Virus record (IMG/VR): IMGVR_UViG_3300028840_001168 | Span: 1 to 64,000 of that record | DNA length: 64,000 nt | Reading direction: 5' to 3' (one strand) | From: a virus | Lineage: Duplodnaviria; Heunggongvirae; Uroviricota; Caudoviricetes | Shown here: positions 43,821 through 54,275 of the stretch, piece after piece | How positions within the stretch are numbered: the first letter of the stretch is position 1 | Layout: each line of letters begins with the position of its first letter | The notes under the pieces: model-generated | Seen by the model: the letters and a program-made list of their open reading frames with translations, nothing else | Told to the model about the DNA's origin: nothing | Databases searched by the model: none | Program-made: the position numbers and the translations under genes

Positions 43821-45221
43821 CTAGCCAAGCAGAACGCAGCCGAGGTTCGCATCGAGAACCTTGACACCGCAGAGCAGGTCGAGGGTCACGACAGTGCCCT
43901 GAGCGCTGATGTCGTACTGCATCGCAACTCGCATTGCGACGTCGTTGTACGCACCCACGGCAGTCCGCACACCAAGGCTGGTGTCCGGGAGAGCCAACGG
44001 ACGGCTGACCAACGCGATCGCATCGCGGTGGAACGCCAGGTTGACGGAGCCCTTCGGGCCCGGGAACGCCTTGTCGCCATCGGCGATACCGGCGGACAGC
44101 GGGCGGTCCAGCAGGTACCAAGCCTCAGTCGTGCTGACAACGGTCTTCTCGATGACCACATACGTGTGGCGATCGCTACCATTGCTCGTACCGAAGCTGA
44201 CGATCTGGCCGACCGAGGGACCGGTGTTGGCGGCATAACCGTCAAGCTTGATCCGCTTCGAGTAACCAGCCGCATACGTGCCGTTCACGTCGCAGTTCTT
44301 GTAGATGACAGCGTCCGCACCGTTGGCAACGGTGTTGACGAACGGGTCGACGAGGGTGACGTCAGTCGTGGCACCAGCGACAACCTTGACCTCGTGAAGT
44401 TGACCTTCACTCTCGATCCAGATGTATTCGCCGACGACGACCTGGTATGACGAAACCATGCACACGCTCGTGGTTTGACCAGCGGTCGCACCCGTGTTCA
44501 TGTTACCAGTCGCGGTCTCACCAGCAGTCGCGCTGAGGTAAGGCGTGTTCTGGTCCATGTAAGTGTCGAAGCCGAGGATACGGCCAAGACGAGCCTCTTC
44601 CAGAGCCGTTCCATCGTCGCCACGAGTGTTGGCTTGGATGAAAAGCTCGGTGGCGAGCATGTCGGTTTCCGACGCGGGCGTCAGAACGAGATTACGACCA
44701 CTGGCGTACGCCTTGTTGTCGTTCATCTTCTCACGCGCGGAGAGGATGAAGTCCTTCGCGTTCGAGCTGGTCATTTCGGCCAAGCGACCGACCTGATTGG
44801 CCTCGAACTGAGGGGCCTGACCGATCAGGACGCGATCGACCGAACGGGCGATCTGCATCGCGGCGGGAGCCATGTACATGTCGACCAGGTCCTGGAACGA
44901 CTTGCTGGACTCACCGTCCTTGATCGTGAACGTGACGTAGATGTGCTGATCCAAGGGGACCTGCACGTTCGTCGTGGTCGCGTCTTGGCTGACAACGCTG
45001 TCGCTGTCGACCTTACGCTTCGTGATGAACTCGGCGGGACGCCGGGTGTTCACGACGTCGCCGTGGTTGGCGACTTCCATCGAGAAATCACGGTGGACCA
45101 AGCGGGCCATAACCATGTTCTCTTCGAGAATGGCCAGACTTTCCTGGGCCCACTTCTCGGGGATCATCGCATCGTTGTCGTTGGCGAAGCACGCCAACTC
45201 TACATTACGGAAAAGGTCCAT
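43821..45221 (-). CDS. putative major capsid protein (467 aa)
   Basis: Position after the portal and scaffold genes. AAGGAG SD 7 nt upstream of MDLFRNVELA. A strong terminator follows. The N-terminal 74 codons of the track ORF are non-coding-like. Confidence 0.55.
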   Translation of the reverse strand: MDLFRNVELACFANDNDAMIPEKWAQESLAILEENMVMARLVHRDFSMEVANHGDVVNTRRPAEFITKRKVDSDSVVSQDATTTNVQVPLDQHIYVTFTIKDGESSKSFQDLVDMYMAPAAMQIARSVDRVLIGQAPQFEANQVGRLAEMTSSNAKDFILSAREKMNDNKAYASGRNLVLTPASETDMLATELFIQANTRGDDGTALEEARLGRILGFDTYMDQNTPYLSATAGETATGNMNTGATAGQTTSVCMVSSYQVVVGEYIWIESEGQLHEVKVVAGATTDVTLVDPFVNTVANGADAVIYKNCDVNGTYAAGYSKRIKLDGYAANTGPSVGQIVSFGTSNGSDRHTYVVIEKTVVSTTEAWYLLDRPLSAGIADGDKAFPGPKGSVNLAFHRDAIALVSRPLALPDTSLGVRTAVGAYNDVAMRVAMQYDISAQGTVVTLDLLCGVKVLDANLGCVLLG

Positions 45222-45268
45222 TACGAACTCCTTCAAGAAAGGGTTTGATTTGTTACCAATCCCCCTGC

Positions 45269-46078
45269 TTACTTGCGCGGACGTAAACCAAGCAGAGCGG
45301 GGTTCTCTGCACGAATCTTCCGATACTGCTCGGGAGACAGTTTGGATACGTCGACCTGCGCACCTTGACCCGGTGTGACACCACCGGTAGCGGCACCTTG
45401 CCCAACACCGCTGACCACGTTGGCGCGGAAGAGATTTCCCCACTGATGGGGGAGTTCTTTCATACGTTTGACAGCTTCGGCTGGGGTACGGAGCGTCTCA
45501 ATCGGGTTGCCTTCGGCGTCCACATCCTGAAACTTGGTCATGGGTGCGTACTCACCGGTAGGCTTTCCATCTTCGCCCAGGACTTCCTGGAGCTTGGTGG
45601 ACGGGCGTAGAAGACCAGCGATCTGCTCTTCATTGAACGCCTCGTTTTGCTTGGCGGCCTCTTTGATCGAAGCGTCGATGACGAAGCTCGTATACAAGCC
45701 CTGGTATTTCTCAGCGGACTTGGTGGCCTCTGTCAACTTGGCTGTGAACTCGGCTGCCTGTTGTTTCTTCTCGTGCTCTGCTTGCTGCTCCTTTGTACGG
45801 AACTGGCTACGGAGGTCTTCAAGTTCCACTTCAAGCTGCTGACGACCCTCGGCATCCAGAGCCTTGTCTTCGAGACGTTTCTCGTAGCTCTGCTCCAAAG
45901 TCTTCAGCTTTTCTTGGTGCTTGCGGCGATCTTCCGCCAAGAACTTGTTCACATCATCCTGCGAGAACTTCTTCTCGGGTGCTGACGACTGCTGCTGCTG
46001 CTGGGCGGCTGCGGCGGCTGCGTCTTCTTCACCTTCAAAACATGCGATCTCGGGGGCGTTCAGGAATTCAAACATCAC
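45269..46078 (-). CDS. putative scaffolding protein (269 aa)
   Basis: Acidic, Gln/Glu/Lys-rich coiled-coil (AAAAAQQQQQS..., LEVELEDLRSQF), directly upstream of the capsid gene. Confidence 0.5.
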   Translation of the reverse strand: MMFEFLNAPEIACFEGEEDAAAAAAQQQQQSSAPEKKFSQDDVNKFLAEDRRKHQEKLKTLEQSYEKRLEDKALDAEGRQQLEVELEDLRSQFRTKEQQAEHEKKQQAAEFTAKLTEATKSAEKYQGLYTSFVIDASIKEAAKQNEAFNEEQIAGLLRPSTKLQEVLGEDGKPTGEYAPMTKFQDVDAEGNPIETLRTPAEAVKRMKELPHQWGNLFRANVVSGVGQGAATGGVTPGQGAQVDVSKLSPEQYRKIRAENPALLGLRPRK

Positions 46079-46094
46079 AATACCTAACCTTTCG

Positions 46095-46628
46095 TTAGTT
46101 GACCCTACTGAAACGAAGGTTATCCTCGAACAGCAAGTACGGCTTGAGTAGCATCCAGGCCCTGGGACTTACGATCCCGTAGGCTAGGTGCTCCGCACTT
46201 GAGTCGTTGTCGGCGTAGGTGGTCCGAACAGACGAATAACCCTGACGCTTCACACGAAGCGCTTCATACTCACTGACCGGGTCCACCCCGTCCAGTAACA
46301 TCACTGCCTCTTCCCACTGAGCTTGCTTAATCTGCTCAGGAACGACAGTGTCTGATCCACGCGGAAACTCCAACGCCTGGGTGGCGTCGGCCGCGATGAT
46401 CGTGGTTTCACTTGGCTGTGGGCTTATGAGGTTACCACTGCTGTCGTACATGACGTCATAGACAGCGGACTTGACGCCCTTGAAGTTCAGGTTGTCGATG
46501 GCGATACGGGCCTGGTTCAGGGCCTTGGGCTTGTCAGCATCAGCCGAGTCAGTCCAGGCTGTAGAGTGCAGCCGCTCATCGAAGTAGGTGTTGGCCTCGG
46601 CCAGCGTACCATAGTAGAGTGTTGCCAT
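46095..46628 (-). CDS. hypothetical head-module protein (177 aa)
   Basis: ORF-track ORF. Confidence 0.5.
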   Translation of the reverse strand: MATLYYGTLAEANTYFDERLHSTAWTDSADADKPKALNQARIAIDNLNFKGVKSAVYDVMYDSSGNLISPQPSETTIIAADATQALEFPRGSDTVVPEQIKQAQWEEAVMLLDGVDPVSEYEALRVKRQGYSSVRTTYADNDSSAEHLAYGIVSPRAWMLLKPYLLFEDNLRFSRVN

Positions 46629-46637
46629 CAGATCACC

Positions 46638-47216
46638 TTATGAACTCTTGGGGGTGTGCTCGTACCAGTCCAAGCCCATGTGAATGTCTTGAGTGGCCCC
46701 AGCAACATTGGTCATTTCCAACTGATACCAGGTATTTTCCTTCAATACCCACTCACCACGGGACGCTTGGTCACCGGGGGAGCCGGGTCGAGATGGGCCA
46801 GAGCCTTCCGCCCCGATGTGGCGATTGCCAAGCGTTATAGTGTTGGCGTCGGTGGTCACTGTCGAGTCTTTGAACATGAACTGCATAGAACTGCCGTCAC
46901 CAAAGTTCCTATTAGCATTGCGAGGTGTGACGGCTGACCCATTAGAAGTCACATTGACATCTTCCAGAAAGAGGATGTCTGCTGCATTCTCAGTGGACAC
47001 GGTAAGCACCATGTGCGCCTGTTTACCGTTGGACGGCGTCAAGAACTCAAGTGACAAGGTGGAGTTGTTTGCAAGAGACTCGGCCCGGGCACCGGCTCGG
47101 TACGTGGACCCACCGTGAATCTCGTGATGCTCGTAGTTCACAATGTTCAAGGCGTTGGTGTTTCTATCAAGTGAGACACAGCGTTCACCATCGCTGATCT
47201 TAACGGGCATTGGCAT
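46638..47216 (-). CDS. hypothetical head-module protein (192 aa)
   Basis: ORF-track ORF. Confidence 0.5.
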   Translation of the reverse strand: MPMPVKISDGERCVSLDRNTNALNIVNYEHHEIHGGSTYRAGARAESLANNSTLSLEFLTPSNGKQAHMVLTVSTENAADILFLEDVNVTSNGSAVTPRNANRNFGDGSSMQFMFKDSTVTTDANTITLGNRHIGAEGSGPSRPGSPGDQASRGEWVLKENTWYQLEMTNVAGATQDIHMGLDWYEHTPKSS

Positions 47217-47217
47217 G

Positions 47218-47541
47218 TTAGACTCCTATGTATTGAACGACCTGGTTGGCCGTGTTACTTATTCCGTAGAGTTCGTCAAGATCGTCAATGTCAATTGACA
47301 GGGATGATCCAGGTAACATTGGAAAGCCAGTAGCTATTGTGACTTTACTGTCTCCGATCCACACTGGTTCGGTGTTTGGTGTTGGGTCTGCCGTACCCGG
47401 GGTCCGAAGAAGGACACCGTGACGCAGTCCCAGTACCTTTGGAGCAATCACGGTGGCGGTATTGACTGTGATTGTGGTCACGCCATATCGCAAGTCCTTG
47501 GCCGCCCCTACATCTTTAGTTACTTCAACTGGATTAGCCAT
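47218..47541 (-). CDS. hypothetical protein (107 aa)
   Basis: ORF-track ORF. Confidence 0.45.
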   Translation of the reverse strand: MANPVEVTKDVGAAKDLRYGVTTITVNTATVIAPKVLGLRHGVLLRTPGTADPTPNTEPVWIGDSKVTIATGFPMLPGSSLSIDIDDLDELYGISNTANQVVQYIGV

Positions 47542-48341
47542 TATACTATTGCCCCCAAATGAACGGTGATGTTCTGAACTGTCTTGTCACTACCGGTCTT
47601 CATTCGGATGACTAATCCCTCTTGCTGATCACCTTTGAAGAACTGCTGGATCTCTCGTTTGAAGCCGCCAAATGGTTGGTTCTTCTTCAATTGAACTTCC
47701 GGACCGTAGATATATGACAGAGAGGTGATCAGCTCCCCGTGCATCTCCCAGTCCGTCAGTGCAAACTCCCAACCTGTGTGGTTGTGCCTGTAGAAGATCA
47801 AGTCGAACTCGTCATCGTCATCCGAGGCGACCCCTTGGATCTCTACCTGGTCCATCTCAAAGTGACGCCCGCCGAAGCTCTCAAACATGGCAAAGCCGTA
47901 ATTGAACTGCCACGAGAAAGCTGCCGCACCGGCGGAGGACAGGGTAATGGTGACCGTGCCAAGCCACCGCTTCTCTGTTTGAATTCTTTCGTTGAGGGCC
48001 ACGCCGTCCACGACAATAACTTCAGTGTCGGCCGGCACTCGGACGCCAGGTTCTGTCAGGCTTGTGCCCGTGATGGTCACCGTGACAGGGCCGCCATCGG
48101 TAGTTGGCAAGCCGCCGGATACCAGGATCAAATAGGCCCCGTACATCACCAGGGGATCGCCCCACGTTATGGACGGGCTTCCCTCATCCAGGGTCGCGGC
48201 ATCTGGGTTCCCGTAGTACCAGCCAACCAACCAGCCGCCGGGACCATTCTTCGCTGATACCCCTGTCGCTAAATCCTGTGAACTTCCGCTGTATGTCTTG
48301 TAGACCACACGGTCTCGTTCTTGCATTGAAAGACTGCCCAT
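47541..48341 (-). CDS. hypothetical head morphogenesis protein (266 aa)
   Basis: ORF-track ORF immediately after the portal gene. Confidence 0.5.
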   Translation of the reverse strand: MGSLSMQERDRVVYKTYSGSSQDLATGVSAKNGPGGWLVGWYYGNPDAATLDEGSPSITWGDPLVMYGAYLILVSGGLPTTDGGPVTVTITGTSLTEPGVRVPADTEVIVVDGVALNERIQTEKRWLGTVTITLSSAGAAAFSWQFNYGFAMFESFGGRHFEMDQVEIQGVASDDDDEFDLIFYRHNHTGWEFALTDWEMHGELITSLSYIYGPEVQLKKNQPFGGFKREIQQFFKGDQQEGLVIRMKTGSDKTVQNITVHLGAIV

Positions 48342-48359
48342 AGGGGGTCCTTTTATATG

Positions 48360-50195
48360 CTACTCCTCACTCTCCTTATCTAGGGACTTACCTTCTCCCC
48401 GTTGAGGTTTCTTCTTGTCTACTTCAGTGGTCGTGTCCGTTGCTTCCTCACGCTCACGTCGTCCCTCTTCCTTATCAGCGGAGAGGTCTTCGACACCCCG
48501 GGCCTGTGCGTCCACCGTTTGACGGGCAGACGTCTGGGCTTGTAGGATGCGGATGGCACGCGCTGCATGGTCCTTACGAGCTTGTTCTATCTCATCCGGG
48601 CCAAAGCCAAGTGCCTCGGACGCCGTCTTCTCACTGACGAGCCCGGCTTCCTGGGACTTGATAATGACCTCAGCATCACTGGTGGTGTAGTTTGCACCGT
48701 CGATCTCACCAAAGATCGTGTCCAACTTGGCCACATCGACCCGTCCGCTCAGGAGGGCCACGGCGATGCTCTTGGCGACTTCCTTCTTAACCGTGTCGCC
48801 GGGTACGGTATCCATCAGATCGGAAAGCCGCTCGGCTTCCTCGATGCGATCCTTGTTATCTTTCAGGCTGTAGCGATCTGGGTACTTGACCAGGGCGATC
48901 TTGCGATTCGACTCATTCTTGTTCTCGTACGCAGCCCAGAACTCAGCGATCTGCCGCTCAGCACCTTCAAGCACAAGTCCGATGTACGACAGGCCGGCTT
49001 CCAGGCCCTGGTCGCTGAGCTTGAGGGCTTCAGCGGAGGTGACCCGCTGCCCGACCTTGTTCTGGACGGCCAGGTTGACCAGCTTGCGGATGTCGTCTTC
49101 GAGCTTTTCCTGAAGCTTCATCGACGCGACCAGCGGCTCGCTGGACGGGTTGATGAACGCGGGCTGATCGGCCTTCAGGTCGTAGACCCGGCCGTGGCTC
49201 ACGCCGCTCGTCACGTTCTTACCTGGTTTCTCGTTCTTGCTTGTGAACGAACTGCCGTCGTCGAGTACGTGGTCCTTCAAGTGGGCCCCTACGGCCCGCA
49301 TGTCCTTCTGCTCCACGTAGAACGGGAAGTTGGACTTGAGGGCGTAGTTGATGTCGCTGGAGACCAGGTTCAGGAGAGCCTTCTGGTGGTACGATACGTC
49401 CTTCAGTAGGCTGCCGCCAATGTCCATCATCGCAAACGGGATGCGATCCATATCCAACTGGATGGGCTGGTCTGGGCTGACTGGCATGCCCCACTGATCT
49501 ATTGGGTTGTCCTCATGGTCATAGAACATCATGTTGACCCTGCCGGTCATCTCGTCCAGCCAGATCAGTCGGTACCGGGTGAAAGTCCCGGTAGGCATCT
49601 GGATGCCGTAGTTCAACTCCATCTTGAAGTCGACGCCACGGTCACGCAGGAGCAGGGCCTTGAAGTAGCCAGGCTGCTCGGGCTTGGCGATCGTCCAGGC
49701 CAGGATGTCTTCTGCCACGTATGGGTACAGGTACGGTCGGTGGTTTCCCACGTCGGCCAGGGTGCCGGCCCCGGTGAGCACCGGGCTGTCAACGTACACA
49801 CCGACACGGCCCATGACCAGAAGCTCTGTGAGCACGTTAATGCCCATGAAGCTCTGCATGGAGTTACCTTTGTTGTCCACGCCGCCGTTGTTGCCTTCCA
49901 TAGCGGAGGCATAAGTCTCGGAACCGTCACGCCTCAGTACGTCAGTAAGCCGCTGAAAGATGGAGTTACGCACGTCATTGATCGCTGCCTTGGCAAATGC
50001 CGGAGTAGGCGTCATTGCAATACGTGCGTTGAAGTCGACATCTGTCTCCCGCTCGCTGAACTTTTGCAGGTACTTGCGGACGTACAGGTCGCCACCCTCG
50101 TACGTCTCCCGCCAATGCTGCCAGTAGATGGAGTCATTGACATAGTACGGATGCCGTACGCTGATCATCTTAGGCTTATCTGGAATGTTCGGCAT
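48360..50195 (-). CDS. putative portal protein (611 aa)
   Basis: Large acidic protein immediately downstream of the large terminase. Charged C-terminal tail. Confidence 0.6.
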   Translation of the reverse strand: MPNIPDKPKMISVRHPYYVNDSIYWQHWRETYEGGDLYVRKYLQKFSERETDVDFNARIAMTPTPAFAKAAINDVRNSIFQRLTDVLRRDGSETYASAMEGNNGGVDNKGNSMQSFMGINVLTELLVMGRVGVYVDSPVLTGAGTLADVGNHRPYLYPYVAEDILAWTIAKPEQPGYFKALLLRDRGVDFKMELNYGIQMPTGTFTRYRLIWLDEMTGRVNMMFYDHEDNPIDQWGMPVSPDQPIQLDMDRIPFAMMDIGGSLLKDVSYHQKALLNLVSSDINYALKSNFPFYVEQKDMRAVGAHLKDHVLDDGSSFTSKNEKPGKNVTSGVSHGRVYDLKADQPAFINPSSEPLVASMKLQEKLEDDIRKLVNLAVQNKVGQRVTSAEALKLSDQGLEAGLSYIGLVLEGAERQIAEFWAAYENKNESNRKIALVKYPDRYSLKDNKDRIEEAERLSDLMDTVPGDTVKKEVAKSIAVALLSGRVDVAKLDTIFGEIDGANYTTSDAEVIIKSQEAGLVSEKTASEALGFGPDEIEQARKDHAARAIRILQAQTSARQTVDAQARGVEDLSADKEEGRREREEATDTTTEVDKKKPQRGEGKSLDKESEE

Positions 50196-50203
50196 GGTTA
50201 CCT

Positions 50204-51877
50204 CTATAAGACGCTATCCGTAATGTTGGCCGAGGTGGAAATCCCGGCTGCTAATGGAAGAGCCATCTCTGCGTAATTCAGGGCGTGCCCAAAGTGATCT
50301 GGGCCGGTGTTCAAGTAAACAGCTCGGGGATTCCCAAGCTCATCCTGCTCGTAAGTTCGCACCAGGTTCTTGACGTTCTCCTTGAATTCCAATGATACGT
50401 CAATTGGAAGCCACATTCGACCAGAGTGGAACCGACCCATAGAGGCATCGAGCCAGTTCGTTCGGTCAACCGTCAGCATCGGGGCCCCGGTGTCAGCTTC
50501 AGACTCCTGCTGTTCTTTCCCAGTTACTCCTCTACGGTATCGACAGAGCCAAACGTACCCAGGGAACCTCCTAGCGAACCGTCTGGCGTCATTGATCTGC
50601 GGGTCAGCGTCGATTACACAGGCCAGGACTTGCCATTCCTGCATTAACCGGTCCAACAACCCGAAGTCGCTTGCGTCAAACTTACCCTCCCACAGCAGCT
50701 TGCCAACCGTTGCGGCATTTATGTCCATGCCGGCTTCCTTGGCTGTAGTGGCGTACTCCATTACCACGACGTGATTCCATTTACCTTGGTCAATCCCCAT
50801 CGTGATAAGTCGTTCGCCACCGACTGTGGGCCGTGACTCGTTCTTTGAGTACCTCCGCAGTGCGTCTTCGATCTCTTCGTCCGTTACCTGGCCGCCGTCT
50901 GGGATATACGGAAGGCCGAGCTTTGAGTTGTGGAACTCCACCATAGCAGCCTCGTCACCAATCCCTCGGAAGTACGCTGATGCGATTTCCGGTGGGCTCA
51001 TAGCGTAGCTATAGAGCTGATTGATGTAGAAGCTTCTGTGGTCCTCATCACACTGAACAGTCGGTTCCCAGATCGCGTTTCCCTGGGCCAGCCATTCGTG
51101 CTTCGTACTGTGATCCAGCGGGTGTTTGCATTCCTTGCACTTGATGAACGACTCTTTCACCTTCGGATCAGTGATAGCTTCGCCCCGTATCTCCAAGCAG
51201 TCTGGGTAGATCAGTTCAGTCCGCTTGCCACAGTGCGGGCAGTTGAACATGTAGTGCTCTTGAGTGCCCTGTAGAAACAGTTTGTGAATTCCTGTCTTAG
51301 GAATCGTCGGCGTTGAGATGGACCAGACCGATTTGTCGACGTGACCGGACAGACGTTCAAGGGCCAGCCATATCTGTTTCTCATCCATCTCGTCCAGCTC
51401 GTCGAGGATCAGCACAGCGACCGGAATTGACTTCAGGTTACTGTCTCCCCGGGAGCCTCGGATGTATAGGTTCACTCCTCCGGCCTGCTTCAGGCCAATC
51501 GTGTTCGTGTCGGTGAAGATGTTCTTCAGGTAGTCGCTGTAACTCAGGGCCGTATTGAATCGTGACTTGGCAAAGTCGCTCGCATTGATGGCAGTTGGCA
51601 GTACGTAAAGGACGTCATGCTTCAGGACATCTACTGTGAAGAACGCCCGGTTGATGGCGATCTCGGTCATGCCCATCTGGGCGGCCTTCATGGTAGTGTT
51701 GAAGACGGCCTTCGAGTCATGGATCTCTCTACACCACGGGTGGTGTGTGAAACTGTACGGACCGGGAAGAGGCTCTCCCATGATACGCCGGTGCTCAGCC
51801 CAGCGGGAACACGTACTCAGGGTGTTCGACACCAGGCCACTGGCTACCTGCTCTTTTAGTTCGTGCAGTAGATCCAT
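50204..51877 (-). CDS. terL: terminase large subunit (lambda GpA-like)
   Basis: ATPase N-domain. Zinc finger MFNCPHCGKRTEL...KCKECKHP as in GpA-type terminases. Acidic nuclease-domain motifs. Confidence 0.8.
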   Translation of the reverse strand: MDLLHELKEQVASGLVSNTLSTCSRWAEHRRIMGEPLPGPYSFTHHPWCREIHDSKAVFNTTMKAAQMGMTEIAINRAFFTVDVLKHDVLYVLPTAINASDFAKSRFNTALSYSDYLKNIFTDTNTIGLKQAGGVNLYIRGSRGDSNLKSIPVAVLILDELDEMDEKQIWLALERLSGHVDKSVWSISTPTIPKTGIHKLFLQGTQEHYMFNCPHCGKRTELIYPDCLEIRGEAITDPKVKESFIKCKECKHPLDHSTKHEWLAQGNAIWEPTVQCDEDHRSFYINQLYSYAMSPPEIASAYFRGIGDEAAMVEFHNSKLGLPYIPDGGQVTDEEIEDALRRYSKNESRPTVGGERLITMGIDQGKWNHVVVMEYATTAKEAGMDINAATVGKLLWEGKFDASDFGLLDRLMQEWQVLACVIDADPQINDARRFARRFPGYVWLCRYRRGVTGKEQQESEADTGAPMLTVDRTNWLDASMGRFHSGRMWLPIDVSLEFKENVKNLVRTYEQDELGNPRAVYLNTGPDHFGHALNYAEMALPLAAGISTSANITDSVL

Positions 51878-52108
51878 TCATCTAACTACCATGTACTCCG
51901 CTGATTGACGTATACGCAATACACTCCCATCAGGTACGGGTTTGCCGTCTGCATCACACGGTGTGATGCGGATATCCACTACGCCATCGGGGACTTGAAC
52001 ACTGTCGCAGTGAGCTTTGGTCTCAATGCAGAATGTGTTGCCGTCCTCGCAGACGCACTCTAGATGGAGGCGAGTGGCGTGCGTCTCAGGTAGGCGGATC
52101 GTTTTCAC
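51878..52108 (-). CDS. hypothetical small protein (76 aa)
   Basis: ORF-track ORF upstream of terL. A small-terminase role is possible but unsupported. Confidence 0.4.
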   Translation of the reverse strand: MKTIRLPETHATRLHLECVCEDGNTFCIETKAHCDSVQVPDGVVDIRITPCDADGKPVPDGSVLRIRQSAEYMVVR

Positions 52109-52521
52109 AGTTTCTTGGTAACCTTTCGGAACGACTTCTTCACAGCCGCCTGACGCTCGGCAAACGCTTTCGCATACTCTTCTGCGGCCTTATACAGATC
52201 GGGGTCAATGTCATCTGGAACAATCGGCCCGGGGGCGTCATTCAAGTCAGCGATACGCTTCTTCGGGCCTCGGGGCTTAACCTTGCGGTTCGGATTCTTT
52301 GGCTTGAGAGCTTTCTCTGCCGCTTGGCCTTGCAGCCAGTTCTCACCATCCCACACCCATGAGGTTTCATCAACTGTGTAGCGTACGGCGTCAATGTGGT
52401 CTTCGACCTCAAACGTGTGCTGCCCCGCTGCGGAGGATGCGAAGCTATATTCAAGCGTCCCGGCCTTGAAACATTCGACGCGGAACCGATGCCGTGCGGT
52501 AGCTGGTGATGCAAGTTTCAT
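52105..52521 (-). CDS. hypothetical basic protein (138 aa), small-terminase candidate
   Basis: Lys/Arg-rich C-terminus. Called on position only. Confidence 0.4.
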   Translation of the reverse strand: MKLASPATARHRFRVECFKAGTLEYSFASSAAGQHTFEVEDHIDAVRYTVDETSWVWDGENWLQGQAAEKALKPKNPNRKVKPRGPKKRIADLNDAPGPIVPDDIDPDLYKAAEEYAKAFAERQAAVKKSFRKVTKKL

Positions 52522-52850
52522 TTCTCTTCCTCTTCGGGGTTATCGCCGAGAAACACCAGCAGTGAAAGGAGGATCTTCAGGATCATGGGCCAGTTGTCGA
52601 GCAACCAGTTCCAGATCGACTTCCAGTCGATGCCGGTGAGAAGTTCTGGGTCCTTGTCAACCCAAGGAGCCTGGCACTTGGGGTCTTCTTCTAGGGTCTT
52701 ACGCCAGCGGCGTACTACACCAGGGTCACGACTTCCCGCCAACAGCCGGCGGGCCTGGTCTTCGTTGATCTCCCCTCTCCGGAGCTTGATCCTAACCGCT
52801 GTGCGTATACGTCGAGCGAGTCGTCGCTCGGTGAATGGAATTCGTCTCAT
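52518..52850 (-). CDS. hypothetical protein with a C-terminal TM segment (110 aa)
   Basis: ORF-track ORF. WNWLLDNWPMILKILLSLLVFL is hydrophobic. Confidence 0.45.
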   Translation of the reverse strand: MRRIPFTERRLARRIRTAVRIKLRRGEINEDQARRLLAGSRDPGVVRRWRKTLEEDPKCQAPWVDKDPELLTGIDWKSIWNWLLDNWPMILKILLSLLVFLGDNPEEEEK

Positions 52851-53701
52851 GCTACAAATACCGTCCAGCCCTTTCCAATCAAATTGGCCTTAGCAGTAGC
52901 CCCCTCTGCACTGCGATACATATCAAGAGCACCTGGGTTCAGTGCGTACAGCAGGAAGCCATCTTCCACCCCACTAGCATCTACCTCGATCAGTAAAGTG
53001 TCAATCGTCTCTGCGGACAGGTTGTTGTCGCCACATTGAATGTTATCACACAGAGACCACTCTCGATGTACTTCAAAAGTGTTTAGGTTGCAACTGGTGC
53101 AAGTGATACTTTCTAAGGCTACCCACTCCGGGTGCGTCTCAAGGGAGCCAACTGGAGAGTTTCCCAAACTAAGAATTTTCAACTTGGTCCACTCGGGATG
53201 AGTCTCCAGGGCAGTCAAGTTTGGATTTGCGCTGCAAAAGAGGTTAAGTAGCTCAGTCCACTCTGGGAACGTGTCCAGGTATGAGATCAAATTCTGATTG
53301 ACCCACAGGTATTGCAGCTCTTCCCAAGATGCGTATGTGTTTATGACGTCGATCTCATTGATGGCCAAGTCCAACTTGGTCAAGTTCACCCAGTACGGGC
53401 TCGTGGTGAACTCAGTAAGGCCACACAAGCCGGCGTCTATCTCTATAACCTCTGACGGCAGTGCGTCAAACCGTATCGGATATCCGCCAGGCGCGGCGTA
53501 GTTGTAGTTGATGGTGTTTCCGGTGGTGGAGTCTCCGTCACCCATTCGCCATGTGATCTCGTCACCGTCCGACAGTGTTACTGACGGGACGCAGTAAGCA
53601 GTTCCATCAGCGGTAGCGAACATTGTATCCACCGTGAAATCATCACCACTCCCAGCGTCCAGACTCCGTTTCCGGTAGTGGCTGAGCAAACTTCTCGTCA
53701 T
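52847..53701 (-). CDS. PKD-like plus leucine-rich-repeat-like protein (284 aa), paralogue of 38827-40710
   Basis: PKD-like ITWRMGDGDSTTGNTINYNYAAPGGYPIRF. EWTxL repeats. The C-terminus EGATAKANLIGKGWTVFVA matches the larger paralogue. Confidence 0.6.
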   Translation of the reverse strand: MTRSLLSHYRKRSLDAGSGDDFTVDTMFATADGTAYCVPSVTLSDGDEITWRMGDGDSTTGNTINYNYAAPGGYPIRFDALPSEVIEIDAGLCGLTEFTTSPYWVNLTKLDLAINEIDVINTYASWEELQYLWVNQNLISYLDTFPEWTELLNLFCSANPNLTALETHPEWTKLKILSLGNSPVGSLETHPEWVALESITCTSCNLNTFEVHREWSLCDNIQCGDNNLSAETIDTLLIEVDASGVEDGFLLYALNPGALDMYRSAEGATAKANLIGKGWTVFVA

Positions 53702-54015
53702 ATCACTGCCCAGAATAGATCCAGGTTATTGTCGGTTCCGATGGCGTATACTAAGGTAGGATCGTCAATCGGCAAGAATACCCCCTCACCAGCTTGGATC
53801 GGCATCCCATCAGTGGCTACTGTGTCCCCTGCGGTCACCCCAGCTTTGCCGATGTAGACTGTACCCTTTCCTTTCGGACCACGTTTTATCTGTACGCCCT
53901 TCTTAACCGCGCCAATCCCGCCTGTAATCACTTGGATGGCAGTTTGACTGACTACGGTTCGACCGTGGGAGAAATCGGAGGCCAGATCCGCATTAAGATT
54001 AACTTCGAGTGCCAT
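53698..54015 (-). CDS. hypothetical protein (105 aa)
   Basis: ORF-track ORF. Confidence 0.45.
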   Translation of the reverse strand: MALEVNLNADLASDFSHGRTVVSQTAIQVITGGIGAVKKGVQIKRGPKGKGTVYIGKAGVTAGDTVATDGMPIQAGEGVFLPIDDPTLVYAIGTDNNLDLFWAVI

Positions 54016-54275
54016 TACTCTTCCTCGTAATCCATGTCATCAATAGCAAGGTACAGCTTAGCTATCCCTAGCATCCACAGATTGCTGAAAGTGACGGTGG
54101 CAAAATAGGCTACAGGTCCCCACCACAATGCAGGGGTACTTACCCAGAAGCTGAGGCACACCGGGCAGCCGAATGGTTTGTCAGGCAGTTTGTTTCGTAT
54201 CGGAGTAAAGAGCGTCGAGCGGCTGACCAACATGGTCAGTGAGGCGACGGCCGCTGAAGCTTCAACGTAGGACAT
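54015..54275 (-). CDS. small membrane protein with a CPVC motif
   Basis: MSYVEASAAVASLTMLVSRS...FGCPVCLSFWVSTPALWWGPVAYFATV has two hydrophobic segments. The start was adjusted to limit overlap with the neighbouring gene. Confidence 0.4.
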   Translation of the reverse strand: MSYVEASAAVASLTMLVSRSTLFTPIRNKLPDKPFGCPVCLSFWVSTPALWWGPVAYFATVTFSNLWMLGIAKLYLAIDDMDYEEE